Shown piece after piece: positions 43,741 through 56,256 of a DNA stretch of 64,000 bases (within the stretch, counting starts at the first letter, position 1; every line of letters begins with the position of its first letter). The DNA comes from Octopus sinensis (lineage: Eukaryota): positions 15,128,001 through 15,192,000 of the forward strand of contig NC_043007.1 in NCBI RefSeq assembly GCF_006345805.1, read 5' to 3'. Under the pieces are notes generated by a model, which was given only the letters and a program-made list of their open reading frames with translations, did not search any database and was not told the origin of the DNA. The position numbers and the translations under genes are program-made.

Positions 43741-44751
43741 TTATTTATATTTCTCTATATATATATCTGTCTACCTATCTATCTAGGTAGATAGATGTAT
43801 TTATGTATGTGTGTAAATATATATGTATGTTTAGTTTACTAGTTCACCGTAGAAAGTGTTGCATTTATTAATAAGCTTCTTTATTCTCTCTCCTGCTACT
43901 GCCGCCTTTAGTTCGTATAGTGCAATAGTGCACTTTCTTTCGGTCAGAGAAGCATTCAGTCCCAGTACACGGCTTTTATCGAAAAGATATGGTTTCTGTG
44001 TTACTGAGTTGGTGGGGCATAATTATGGCCGCTTTTCCTGAATAATCTGACAGTTAAAAAGAATGGCCTTAAGAAGTGATTTATCAAGTTAACGAGTGGT
44101 TTTGGTGATGTACTGAAAAGTCTGTTATAATCCAGCAAATTTCGTTCTATGGTAAAAGACGTTCCGTTTATAAACCTCCGGTCATTTTCAAACAGAATAT
44201 ATCAAGTAATTACACCGAGGAAGAAGCATATTAGCCATTTAAAGGCACACAAAGACTTAGCTTCACTTTAACATTTATTGGCTGGTGCCAAACATTTTGT
44301 CGTACCAACAGCGACAGGATCACTGATGCGGTTACACAGTATGTAGTAACATGATATGAAACCCATTCTTCATTTTCTAAGACCGTAGTGTGAGTTTAGA
44401 AAGTAATTGGTTGCTGCGTCTATGAGATCGATCGACTGCTTAGAGGTCCCAACGTTGTTGGTGTTTCGCCCCAAGTCAGCAAACCTACAATCAAATACAG
44501 ACCATGGTTACGTATCAAATACAAACTATGACTGCCCCGTTATTTTGATGCAAAGGAATACATTATCCAATGTGTTCCGCCATTAAAAAAGTATTCAGTA
44601 GAGATTTGGCAGATATTCCTATCAGATAGATTGCTGACTTAATACAACAATTCGACGTGTGGGTCGTTGAAATTGGTTGTCATCATGAGAAGAGACAATA
44701 TTATGAAAGGCGGCGAACTGGCAGAAACATTAGCATCTCTGTCTCTCTCTC

Positions 44752-44786
<35 letters not shown>

Positions 44787-45008
44787 CAGGTGACTAAAGG
44801 TGGTGCTCCAGCATGGCCGCAGTCAAATGACTGAAACAAGTAAAAGAGTAAAAGAGGTGGAGGCGTGGCTGTGTGGTAAAAAGCTTGCTTCCCAACCACA
44901 TGGTTCTGAGTTCGGTCCCACTGCGTAGCACCTTGGGCAGGTGTCTTCTGTTATAGCCTGGGGTCTCGCGAGTGGATTTGGTGGACAGAAATTGAAAGAA
45001 ACCCGTCG

Positions 45009-45051
<43 letters not shown>

Positions 45052-45305
45052 ATGTGTGTGTGTGTGTGTGTGTGTTTGTGTTTGTTTGTTTGTTCCCCCA
45101 CCCACCCACCATCGTTTGACAACCGACGGTGCTATGTTTGCGTCCTCGCAACTTAGCGGCTCGGCTAAAGTGACCGATAGAATAAGTACTAGTCTTACAA
45201 AGACTAATTCCTGGAACTGATTTCTTCGACTAAAACCATTTAAGGTAGTGTTCCAGCATGGCCGCAGCCAAATGACTGAAACTTGTAAAAGAGTAAATGA
45301 ATATG

Positions 45306-45344
<39 letters not shown>

Positions 45345-45525
45345 TTTTGCACACACACATGCACATACATATATGAATGTATATATATATAAATGCATGT
45401 GTTTGCATATATGTATGTATATCTATATCTATATATACATATGCATGCATAAATATAGACACAACTATGTAAATATATATTATATATATTTATGTGTATA
45501 TATATATTAAATATATATGTATGTA

Positions 45526-45596
<71 letters not shown>

Positions 45597-46669
45597 ATAT
45601 GTATATATATGTATATATACATACATATATATATATTATATGTATACACATAAATAAAGACGTATTTTATTTCATTTATTTCATCTAGTTTCAGCTCACG
45701 AGCTGTGGCCATGCTGGGGCACCGCCATTAATACATTATATACAGTTCAACGAATCGCCATTATATGCATGTATATATATATTTTTTCACATATGTACAC
45801 ATATATTTAGATATATATGTGCTCACACATACACATATGCATCTACACACACCTAAATACGCGTATAAACACTCACACACACATATCTACATATAACTAC
45901 GCAAATTGTTGTCCTAGTTTTCGTTACCTTAATAAGCAAAGCAGTAATTCGCTGATATAAGTCGATGTCGAATTATTACTAAAGATTCCATTCCTCTCTG
46001 CAATTTATACTACTTTGTTTTTCTCTTCACACAATCACCATCATCTAATATATATTATCGATTCCTTCTGTTATTGCTATTAGTTTCGCCGCAGTAACTA
46101 TCACCTCTTTGAAAAAATAGTTTTTTTCTTCTAACCATTTCGTGCCAATTGGCTTTTAAATTCATGGTCAGGTTAATGAATGTACTCGGCCGTCATTAAT
46201 ACTGCTTTTCAAATTTGATTTTCGCCAGTTTTTAATGAAACTACAAACTATTGTCTTATGTTGGTTGATTGGTCTCTTTCTTTGCTTGATTGGATAACAG
46301 CAAAATATTGGATAATCCTAATGAGATGAAAACGAAAATGTTTCTTCACCTAAGATTTCCTGCAGTGTAAAGTGACACCGCAAAGAAAACAAAAACGGCT
46401 GTTAGTCTTACGTTGATAATATTATTGTTAATTCTGGTTTTGTATATATAATATATATATATATATTTATGTTGGTAAAAACGGTAAGATAACAAAAGAA
46501 AGAAAGAGACCTCAATATTATGTAAATAGAGGAAATCTATCTGTAAAATAATATGTTACATTTATTCGGTAGCCAAGATAAAGCTCTGAGTTTCGGATGC
46601 CGAGGTGGAAATCCACAACACCATCTCTTCGAAGAGTTTTATCTTGGCTACCGAATAATTGTCACATAT

Positions 46670-46725
<56 letters not shown>

Positions 46726-46747
46726 ACAGAGACACACACACACACAC

Positions 46748-46785
<38 letters not shown>

Positions 46786-47538
46786 CATACAGATAGGTAT
46801 ACATACATACGTACATATATATATATATATATATATATGCTCGTGTTTCTCGGTTCTTACATAATGATTCCACATACAGATATATACACTCATGAAATTA
46901 GAAACATGTTGATATGCGGTAATACAGACACATATATGCATTAAAGAGGAATTACGTAATCATTTCCATTGGCTTACAGCTGTTTCTGGCACTAAAAGCA
47001 TTGCATTTAGAGTTTAGCGGTGGTGCAATATCGCAACAGATATGCAGGTTAATTTAAAAAATTTCCGAAGAAGCTACAAGATTTTTTTCGACTACCTTTC
47101 TCTGGAGAAATGTAGAGTAAGTCAGAGAGTAAAAGTGAGAGTGAGTGAGAGAGAAAGAAAGAAAAAGAGAGAGACAGAGGAGGGAGGGAGGGAGGGAGGG
47201 AATCAGAGAGATGGACAGACAAAAGCAAGATACAGAGGAGAAAAAGACGTAGGAAGTCAATGAGAGACAATTGGAGAAACACAGCAGTGAAAAATTATGC
47301 TTTTAATTTTCTTTTTCTTGGTCTAATGAACTAAGTCTGTGTAGTCAGTATTTTGGCAGTTGTGAGGAAAAGATGAAGGACTTCCAGAAGATAAAGGGTT
47401 CAAAAGAGTGCACTATACTAGTAGGGAGTGAGTAGAAGTGTATAAAGGTTAATAAGAAGAAAAAAAACTGTTTCTCATAATTGTCTCGGCTCTCCTCCAG
47501 ATCTTACCGGCAATTTGTTCGTCACTAAGATCACCAGC
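22224..47538 (-). CDS. CaM-like: Calmodulin-like 4-EF-hand Ca2+-binding protein (spliced; join 47538-47508, 42058-41915, 26074-25832, 22252-22224; upstream ATG exon not firmly located)
   Basis: Spliced translation (M)[148 protein letters not shown]. All introns are GT-AG with compatible phases. Exon sizes 31/144/243/29 match metazoan calmodulin gene structure. Confidence 0.95.
22425..22796 (+). mobile_element. Non-autonomous Helitron-like element in (TA)n
   Basis: Starts ACTAGCAGTATCGCCCGGCGTTGCTC; contains AAGTTTCATCAGAATCGGTTG; ends ACAGACAAACTGCCGTTTATA. Resembles Lep1-type non-autonomous Helitrons. Confidence 0.55.
23174..23371. repeat. Inverted repeat, ~89-bp arms with ~20-bp spacer
   Basis: TATACAATATGTTACATTACTCGG...CTCTTCGGTT / AACCGAAGAG...CCGAGTAATGTAACATATTGTATA. 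Confidence 0.9.
23272..23346 (+). ncRNA. Hammerhead with extended stem II (family also at 46570-46630 -)
   Basis: UAGCCAGAUAA-CCGAAGA-GAUG..GUGGA(UU)UCCAC..CAUC-U-GAAACUC(A)GA..UUAU.UUG.CUA. Confidence 0.55.
23855..24190 (-). mobile_element. tRNA-headed SINE family D
   Basis: GCATGGCTCAGTGGTTAGAGCG..GTTCG..CTTGAGTAAGGCACTTTATTTCACGTTG..CCAGTTCACTCAGCTG; pieces at 28230-28335, 53380-53505 and 58000-58152. Confidence 0.75.
25832..26074 (-). CDS. CaM-like: Calmodulin-like coding exon (EF2 end, linker, EF3, EF4), 243 nt
   Basis: ttgcAG|GTAATGGTACT...TATGAAG|GTaatc; [26 protein letters not shown]...[11 protein letters not shown]. Confidence 0.97.
30528..30810 (-). mobile_element. CR1-type LINE 3' end
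   Basis: [45 protein letters not shown], then a short 3' UTR and (AACT)n tail. Confidence 0.8.
33321..33672 (+). repeat. Minisatellite, 16-bp unit GAAAACTACGCAGCAT, about 22 copies
   Basis: Head-to-tail repeats with recurring variants GAAAATTGCGCAGTAT and GAAAACTGCGCAGCAT. Confidence 0.95.
34661..34828. repeat. 168-bp near-perfect palindrome
   Basis: Arms AACGATTGAAGC...CAGAAAA and its reverse complement; one mismatch near the centre GCCCGGGG. Confidence 0.95.
34671..34736 (+). ncRNA. Hammerhead ribozyme fold (mirror copy on - strand)
   Basis: GCAUUU-CUGAUGA-GGUGUU(AACA)AAUACU-GAA-ACCAG..UUGGU-C-AGAUAC; canonical core and GUC triplet. Confidence 0.7.
38350..40355 (+). mobile_element. Frameshifted Penelope-like retroelement (RT thumb, GIY-YIG, pLTR), antisense within the CaM-like intron
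   Basis: [77 protein letters not shown]; flanked by TA-rich microsatellites. Confidence 0.85.
40250..40290 (+). ncRNA. Hammerhead-like motif with U3-A8 core at the end of the Penelope pLTR
   Basis: UUGAUAA-GGUUC(AUUUCAG)GAACU-GAA-ACAUGU-U; stem I weak. Confidence 0.5.
41915..42058 (-). CDS. CaM-like: Calmodulin-like coding exon (EF1 to start of EF2), 144 nt
   Basis: cttttgtAG|AATTCAAAGAG...GGAGATG|GTaag; [33 protein letters not shown]. Confidence 0.96.
42270..42845 (-). mobile_element. SINE family A tandem trimer
   Basis: One tRNA head followed by repeated body units. Similar multimers at 3030-3515, 8985-9398, 58460-58860 and 59890-60215. Confidence 0.85.
47508..47538 (-). CDS. CaM-like: Calmodulin-like coding exon ([11 protein letters not shown]), 31 nt
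   Basis: tattacAG|GCTGGTGATCTTAGTGACGAACAAATTGCCG|GTaag; same size and phase as the 31-nt calmodulin exon that follows the ATG. Confidence 0.9.
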
Positions 47539-50422
47539 CTGTAATATAAAGAAAATTTTGTGAGAGTCATAGAGAAGAAAGGAAAAGCAAAGAATAAAAC
47601 AGAAACAGAGACATAATTTAACATGATATCAATTGAGGTGTAGAATATAAAATATATCGATTTTACTGCAATTCTTTAGTTATTTTTATTGCATAAACAT
47701 ATAAATCTTATTTTGTTCTAAAGCCAAATCAATATAATTTTTTTTATATAAATCAGTTATACTAGAATCGACTTTGTCCTTGACCTTTTCAAGCTTTTGT
47801 AGTTTTTTGAGATTGATGGGGTTGTTGCTCTTGTTGCTCAGTTTGAAAGCACAATGACCAATGTTCGGATGGAAAATAAAGAAAAGAAAGAAACAAACAA
47901 ACCCCAAAACAAGGACAACAACAAAACATATGTAGAAAAGGGCTCGAAAGCAAGACAGTCTTAGCGAAGACGGATTTCGTGTGTAATGTAGAGTCTAAAA
48001 GGAAAAACACAAGAAGGTAACATGAAGAGGAGAGACAAAGGATTAAGCGGTTCTAGGTGGGGAGGGTGGAAGCACATGGCCTAATGGTTAGAGCAGCGGT
48101 ATCTCGGTCGAGGGATCGCGGGCTCGAATCTCAGACCGGGCGATGTGTGTGTTTATGAGCGAGCACCTAAGCTCCATGCGGCTCCTTCAGAAGGTAATGG
48201 CGAACTTCTGCTGATTCTTTCGCCACAACTTTCTCTCATTCTTTCCTCCTGCATCTTGCAGCTCACCTGCGACGGACCGGCGTCCCATCCAGGTGGGGAA
48301 CCTATACGCCAATGAAACCGGGAAACCGGCCCTTATGAGCCAGGTATGGTTCGAGAAGAAACAAACAACAAGGTGGGGAGGAGGGTACAAGTGAGTACTG
48401 CCTCGAGTCTTAGGCCTAACAGTACCGGCTACCCGAGTTTCCATGGTGTATAAGTAATTGAGATCTCAACATCCCTTCCTGAATGGGACTCTAGTCCGTT
48501 ACAGGGATCCTCATTTATAGCAGAGTGGACTGGAGCAAAGTGGAATAAAGCGTTTTACTCAAGAACTCAACTCACCACTCGGGAATCAAAACCACAATCT
48601 TACGAGTGCGAGTACTGGATTCTAACCACTAGACCACGCGCCCTCACAGAAAGGGTAAGCCTTTTGCCAATTCAAAAGCATTGATGGTTATAGTATTGTT
48701 ATAGAAAAGACAGAAAAAAGTAGTAAATTCGTCTGCCAGTTGTAATATGTTCGTAAGTGAATCTTTGTCAATCCATCGATTTGCTTTTTTGTGTCTGCGT
48801 TGTGTTGTAAAAGCTTCATTCCGTGTAAGTGAGCAATGCTCTAAAAGTCTTAATTGAAACTTATAGGGATGTTTAAATTATCTCCTTACAAATATCACCG
48901 TGATCACCGTGACCGACCAGGCTATCAGATGTTGTTACACATCGCTGGTCACAATGCGCTTCGCATTGTTTTAGCCTTGAAATGACACCACCTCGCTGGC
49001 TAAGCGAGCAGGTCAATAGAAGAAAGAGTGAGAGAAAGTTGTGGCGAAAGAGTACAGCAGGGATCGCCACCACCCCCGCTGCCGGAGCCTCGTGGAGTTT
49101 TAGGTGTTTTCGCTCAATAAACACTCACAACGCCCGGTCTGGGAATCGAAACCGCGATCCTATGACCGCGAGTCCGCTGCCCTAACCACTAGGCCATTGC
49201 GCCTCCACCCTTACAAATATATCTTCACATATCTCTTACACCAAGATATAAGGTATGTCAACAGAAGAAAAAGAAACCAATAACCATATATATTGTGGCC
49301 AAGCTCTATAGCCATTATACAGGCTTTTATCAGAGATTGATTGAATAACCAGAGAGTTTTATTGGTTCAATGGGAGTTGATTATCATCTCATAATTGTTT
49401 TCGTATTGATTTCGTCGTCATCATCATCATGCTTGCTATTGTCCTTTTTTATTTCCATATCATATCTGAATGATCAGACTTATCATAAAAATCGTTCTAT
49501 ACGTAACTATTCCCACTTTTTAAGGGTTTACTGAACAGTATACTGTTTTTGACATATAAAAGATGGTAGAAGGTGAATCTACCAAGATTTCGCTGTTACT
49601 TATAGTAAGTTGTGTAGCCATTCAGAAGCTCTGTCGTCTCCTCCTCCTCAGCTTTGTTGTATTTGATGGCAGACATATATTCGGATCGGAGAGATGTGGC
49701 AGACATTTTCTTTTATATTCTTGGTAGTATGTACAATACACCCTTTGTACATTATATAGAATGTGTAGTTAGTCTTTCATTGTAATTTTCCTGGGAATAT
49801 TACCGAGAAAGAAGGCGGTGAGCTGGCAGAATCTCAGCACGCTTTGTTTAAATGCTTAGCGGCATTTCATTTGTCTTTGCCTTCTGAGTTCAAACGCTGC
49901 CAAGGTTGACTTTGCCTTTCATCTTTTCGGAGTCAATAAAATAACTACCAGTCGATCATTGGGGTCGATGCAATCGACTTCATCCTTTCCCCGGAATTGC
50001 TGGCCTTGTGCCAAAATTTGAAACTTATATTACTTAGGCGATGAGATGGCAGAATCAGAATTTCTGAAAAACTGCTTTCCGTTATTTCTTCGGGCTCCTC
50101 ACGTTCTGGGTTTAAATCTGGCCAGAGTGAGCATTGCCTTTCATGCTGGAGTTGATGGTATCCACTGAAAATCTCTAGCTTGTATCTAAATTGGAAGCTA
50201 ATATCACAAGGAAAATGCAAAGAGATAGAGACGTTAGCGCATAAGAAACTATGTCTTGCGTTATTTCTCTTTAAGTTAAGTAAGCGTGGAGTTTAACATT
50301 ATCTTTCGTTCTCTCAGAGTTGATGCTGGTTGATTGGTAGAATTATTAAAGCGTCAGTTGAAATGTCGTCTGGTATTTGTTGCGGTTCTGAGTTTTTATG
50401 TGATAGATGTTCGTTGCACCAA

Positions 50423-50655
50423 GGCGGCGAGCTGGCAAAAAACGTTAGCACGCCGGGCGAAATGCGTAGCCGTATTTCGTCTGCCGTTACGTTCTGAGTT
50501 CAAATTCCGCCGAGGTCGACTTTGCTTTTCATCCTTTCGGGGTCGATAAATTAAGTACCAGTTACGCACTGGGGTCGATGTAATCGACCTAATATGTTTG
50601 TCTGTCCTTGTTTTGTCCCCTCTGTGTTTAGCCCCTTGTGGGCAATAAAGAAATA
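50423..50655 (+). mobile_element. tRNA-headed SINE family A (Nin/Deu-like core); representative copy
   Basis: GGCGGCGAGCTGGCA..GAGTTCAAATTCC..GCCTTTCATCCTTTCGGGGTCGATAAATTAAGTACCAG. Further copies near 19-185, 4180-4390, 15221-15440, 20960-21140, 27110-27500, 41460-41680, 49814-50030, 56642-56870. Confidence 0.85.
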
Positions 50656-50981
50656 AGATGTTCATCGCACCACTGCCAATTTGCTCACTGATACAGTTTT
50701 ACTGTAACGAACCCAGCAACTGAGGTGCAGTAAGACCAGTACCACCGGATCGTATTGAAGAGATCAAATTTACATTTTGACAAATTGAAAATGAATCTGT
50801 TGCTGGTTTAACACTACTACAACCACCTTTGACTACCTGTAAGTGGAGTTAATTGTGGCAAGCACTCAGAGCGAGTTTCTGATCCCAAGATAACTCTCTC
50901 CTATTTCAGAAGTTTAGAAAATATTGAAAACAAAACGCCATCCATCCATGAGTAATGGCATTCTCCACATCAAAAGAGCTT

Positions 50982-51413
50982 GGGGATCTTTTCGGTTTGA
51001 ACGGCAGTTTTTAACGTAAGTAACTAAAAAATTTTAAACTTCGTATACTGATAGAATGTGTTTATAAAACATCTTTTTCTCCTGGCTTTATTGAGAAAAT
51101 TCTATAGTTTGTAAGATATTTGTTGTTTTTTTCTTCAATTTCTGCAATTTCAACAAATCAGTGACGTCTATTGAGTTAAAAAGCATTCTGTCCCTCGTTT
51201 AAGAAACAGATTAGGTTTATTTACATTTGTGAAGAAAAAAAGATAACCTTCCCCCACCCCTAACCCTAACCTAACTAACCCTATCTAACCCTAACTAACC
51301 CTAACCCTAAAAGAGATTGAAATGCAATAGATCGATTCTAGGGTTATAATTATGGGTGACAATTTCATATGACACCGCTAGAAAAAACTGCCATTCAAAC
51401 CGAAAAGATTCCC
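50982..51413. mobile_element. MITE with ~30-bp TIRs carrying an internal (CCCTAA)n tract
   Basis: GGGGATCTTTTCGGTTTGAACGGCAGTTTTT / AAAAAACTGCCATTCAAACCGAAAAGATTCCC; CCCTAA repeats at about 51258-51309. Confidence 0.75.
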
Positions 51414-53794
51414 AAAATGGTAATAAATTAAGTAATTTTATTGTTGATGGTATTGTTTCTTGTATTAGCTCTATGAGATTAATGAGTGTAAATGTGTTGA
51501 ACGCCGCTGAGTTCTCTCCAAGCAGTGAGCATGTCGGCTTCGAGAAACTCATCACTCTCTCCAAATGACATCTACGAAATACGCATTAATTATGTATTGC
51601 TTCCGTTCTTAATGATTGCAGTAATATGTACGTTCCATTGTAACTAGTAAACTAAATGAACTGGGCCACATTAGATTGCATTATCTCAACAGTTCAGCAC
51701 TGTTGATAAAAAAGGTGGAGTTTATCTCACTAATAAATTTATAATGATCATAATGCTTCGTGAAAAAAACATCTCAATCTTTACTCGTTAATAAAGCGAT
51801 ATATAAATTTTCCCATAAATCATCTTAATATAGAAGCCCTTATCTGGTTACTGGACCTGATAAAAAAAGACTGCCAAATCTTTCTCAGATTAAACTCTGT
51901 TGCTTTGGAAATTAATCTATTAACTCTCCACAGGGGGCGATAATTACATTTATGGCGTAGTTATTGCACTGTTACATTAACTGCTTTAGGTTGCCCATTC
52001 GTGTCGTATTCATTAATAATTGCAATTCGTCCTTGAAGAACAAGCGTGCTAACCGTCACATCCTACAGCAGTATCATAATTGCGTTGTAATTACAGTCTG
52101 GAATTGAAACTACGGCACCGTTATGGTTTTCAGGAAGTTTATCTATGCTTTTCCATCAATTCTGCTCTCCCCACGAACTTTCTAAGTAATGTAGTTTTGC
52201 TTCAAAGTAAGATATAGCTAATTACAACCAATTTAATATTGTTCTGCAAGAAATTATCAATAGAGATAATAGAGTTTTACTATTAAGGAAATTGTAATTA
52301 GTGAAAATAATTTTGTTATTGAACAGAAAAATATAATTGAGGATGATAAAATATTTCTTATTAAAGGATATTGTATTTAAAGGCAATATAATTTTCTTAT
52401 GTAGGAAATGATCATATTTAAACATTTTAAAAAAGGCAACACGTATTATAAATGTATCGATTTTTGGAAATTTTCAGAGAACTGACAAGTTTTCAACTAA
52501 AATTAAAATAATGACTAATATGTTGAGCATAATTAGGTTGTTAATTAAGAACGATCTAGTTCAGAAACACTTTTATAAGGAGAAAAACTACCTATTCTCT
52601 GTCTCTCTGCTTCTCTGTCTCTCTCTCTGTTTCTCTGTCTGTCTCTCTCTCCCTTCTCTCTTTGTCTCTAACTCTGTCTCTTTATCTAAGTTTATCACTC
52701 GAATAATACCATCTACTTGAAGCATTACACTTCACTGCCAATGTATTTATTTATCAAAATATTCTAGGAATTTGTAAGAATTCTACTTTATACACTTAAT
52801 TAAATTATCAATTAATCTCCTTTTCCGGCATGATTCGATATTTTACGAACATTTCAGGTTATTAAAGGGACGGCAAGTAATGGTGACGTTTATATTTTCG
52901 TTGATGACAATTATTAGAAATGTTGAACTTGAATTCAAAATGACTAACGACTAACATCACTCTTGAAACTTAAGAGCATCAACGAATTTGAATCAAACTG
53001 TTTTGATCTATGCATGTAACTCTGTTGAGTGCCAATAACTTTCTTGAGTGCCTTCTTTCGTTTTCCCACTCACTTGTGTATAGATTAGATGAGTTACAGT
53101 CTAAAATAACCGTCTCAGAGATAAATGTATCCATTGTACAGGTAAAGACAAGGATGAACAGGAGTTTATCAATATCTCCAGCTTTGCGCTGTTCGTTGAT
53201 TATATTTGCTCTAACCTGGCACTCTGTGGGTTAAGATGACGATGGTTTCATTTGAGCAAATCAAGGGAACAGCATACTGGTAAAATAAACGTGCTTTAAT
53301 GTAACTCTGAGGGAGATTCAGCGTGACACACAATGTGACAGACCCGGCCCTTTGTATTTTCGGTGCAACTTATTTTTGCCGGCTGAGTGATCTGGAGCAG
53401 CGTGAAGATAAAATATCTTGCTTAAGGACACAGGGTGCCACTGGGAATCGAACTCATGACCTTATGAGCGTGAGCTGATTCCCCTAACCGCTAAGTCATG
53501 CACCTTTTAAATATGGTATGCCGGTATGGTCGCAATCAGAGGACTCAGAACTCTTCTGACCATTTCATCATGTTGAACTTTTAATCCCTGCACATTTTTT
53601 TCTTTCTCCGTTTCTTTTTTCTCCTAAAAACCTTTCTGTTGAAGAGCGTCGACTCGAAACATCAAAGACTTTTGCTCTCTTCCCGAGCGTGAAACTAATG
53701 CAACCGCTTGTTGTTCCTTCACCAGTCTTCATCTTTTGTTTTCTGTAAATCTGAACTACACACATACATATGTATTTATATGTTTGTGTGCATG

Positions 53795-53864
<70 letters not shown>

Positions 53865-54128
53865 TATATATATATATGCATACATATACGTATACATGGA
53901 CACACATACACGCAAACACACACTCACATCTATATTTATAAGAGAAACAAACATTCGCGTAATCTCACACACCAAGCACAGTCGTTGGCCTTCACATATC
54001 ATAGCACCACTCCTATTACAGCTACACATCGTGCAGATACTTATAACACAATGACCAACAACAATAAGCATATAAGTACTTTACATCCAGAAAATAGACA
54101 GTCACGGAGAACTCATTGAAAAGTCTAC

Positions 54129-54131
54129 CAT
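54129..54131 (-). CDS. Candidate ATG at the end of the first coding exon of the calmodulin-like gene
   Basis: caccaaacaATG|GTagac on the minus strand, in unique sequence. Calmodulin genes typically have an intron right after the ATG. Alternative ATG|GT sites exist (e.g. near 52710). Confidence 0.3.
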
Positions 54132-54592
54132 TGTTTGGTGAAAATTAATCAATTCATTCATACCGATAAGAAAAAACAATCAAATAACCAACAGAAAACG
54201 CTACAACCAGTACACTTGTTCCTATTATACAAAGGCTCCTCCCTAAACACAACAAAATCTATTATAGATACCTTTTGCAAGAGTATTCATTATAAATGCC
54301 ATATCGCTAACAGCCAGGCATGAACAGTCGTGCTAAGAGGGTTTGTGCTCCTTTCAGATTATAGATATCAATAAATTATATTACTACCGCATGAATTGTA
54401 TTACTACAAATGAATCTGCAGTGCCGGCCGAGGCTTGTGTTTTGTTCTGTTTTGTTTTGGCTCTTGTTTTAGTGATGCTGTATACAGCTATATGTATTTA
54501 CTGTAGCGTTGAGGGTTAGATATCTTTCCATTTGATTAATCACCCGTTTGAAATCTATTTCATATTTTACTGCACCATTCACAAAAACATAT

Positions 54593-55230
<638 letters not shown>

Positions 55231-55394
55231 ATTGCTTCTAACGCTGGAGATGTACTACAGTGTCAGCTGTTTACAACCAGTGAACGAAGGTAACACCTCT
55301 TATTTTTCGAGCACCTTACGGCTCTCATACATCTTTGAGTGGTTGGTCTTTTCATTTTTTGATACGTTGCTATAATGTATCATGCGGTAATGTA

Positions 55395-55785
55395 GTGGAG
55401 GCACAATGGCCCAGTGGTTAGGGCAGTGGACTCGCGGTCATAGGATCGCGGTTTCGATTCCCAGACCGGGCGTTGTGAGTGTTTATTGAGCGAACACACC
55501 TAAAAGCTCCACGAGGCTCCGGCAGGGGATGGTGATGATCCCTGCAGTACTCTTTCACCACAACTTTCTCTCACTCTTACTTCCTGTTTCTGTTGTACCT
55601 GTATTTTCAAGGGGCCGGCCTTGCCACTCTCTGTGTCACGTTGAATATCCCCGAGAACTACGTTAAGGGTACACATGTCTGTGGAGTGCTCAGCCACTTA
55701 TACGTTAATTTCACGAGCAGGCTGTTCCGTTGATTCGGATCAACCGGAACCCTCATCGTCGTAACCGACGGAGTGCTTCCATCCA
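55395..55785 (+). mobile_element. tRNA-headed SINE family C; representative copy
   Basis: GGAGGC.CAATGGCCCAGTGGTTAGGG..GGTTTCGATTCCC (A/B boxes). Copies at 10806-11193 -, 49020-49207 -, 48066-48365 +, 20590-20860 +, 605-850 +, 28335-28443 -. Confidence 0.85.
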
Positions 55786-56211
55786 TCCATGCGGTTATGT
55801 GAGCTATGATTTTAGCTGAGATTTCTCTCTCAACAAAACATCTGTGCTTATGGATTCGTAATATTTGTCACATGCTGTACCGGAATGAGGCAACTGGGCG
55901 AGGCTGCTTGACTTTAGTAATTTGGCACAGCTGACTGGGTATTGAACCTGTTTTGGCAACAGTACTTCTTGGCATTGTAGGAAAACGCACATATACTCTT
56001 ACTCTTTTACTCTTTTACTTGTTTCAGTCATTTGACTGTGGCCATGCTGGGGCACCCCATTTAGTCGAGCAAATCGACCACAGGACCTATTCTTTTGTTA
56101 GCTCAGTACTTATTCCATCAGTCTCTTTTGCTGAACCGCTAAGTTACGGGGATGTAAACACACCAGCATCGGTTGTCAAGCGATTTTTTGGGGGGGACAA
56201 ATACAGACACA

Positions 56212-56256
<45 letters not shown>

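Noticed and set aside
51258-51309. True telomere or chromosome-fusion site
   Set aside because: Short, degenerate, single orientation and enclosed by MITE TIRs.
55395-55470. tRNA-like sequence with A and B boxes (also at other SINE heads)
   Set aside because: It continues into a multi-copy SINE body and lacks a proper acceptor stem, so it is not a tRNA gene.
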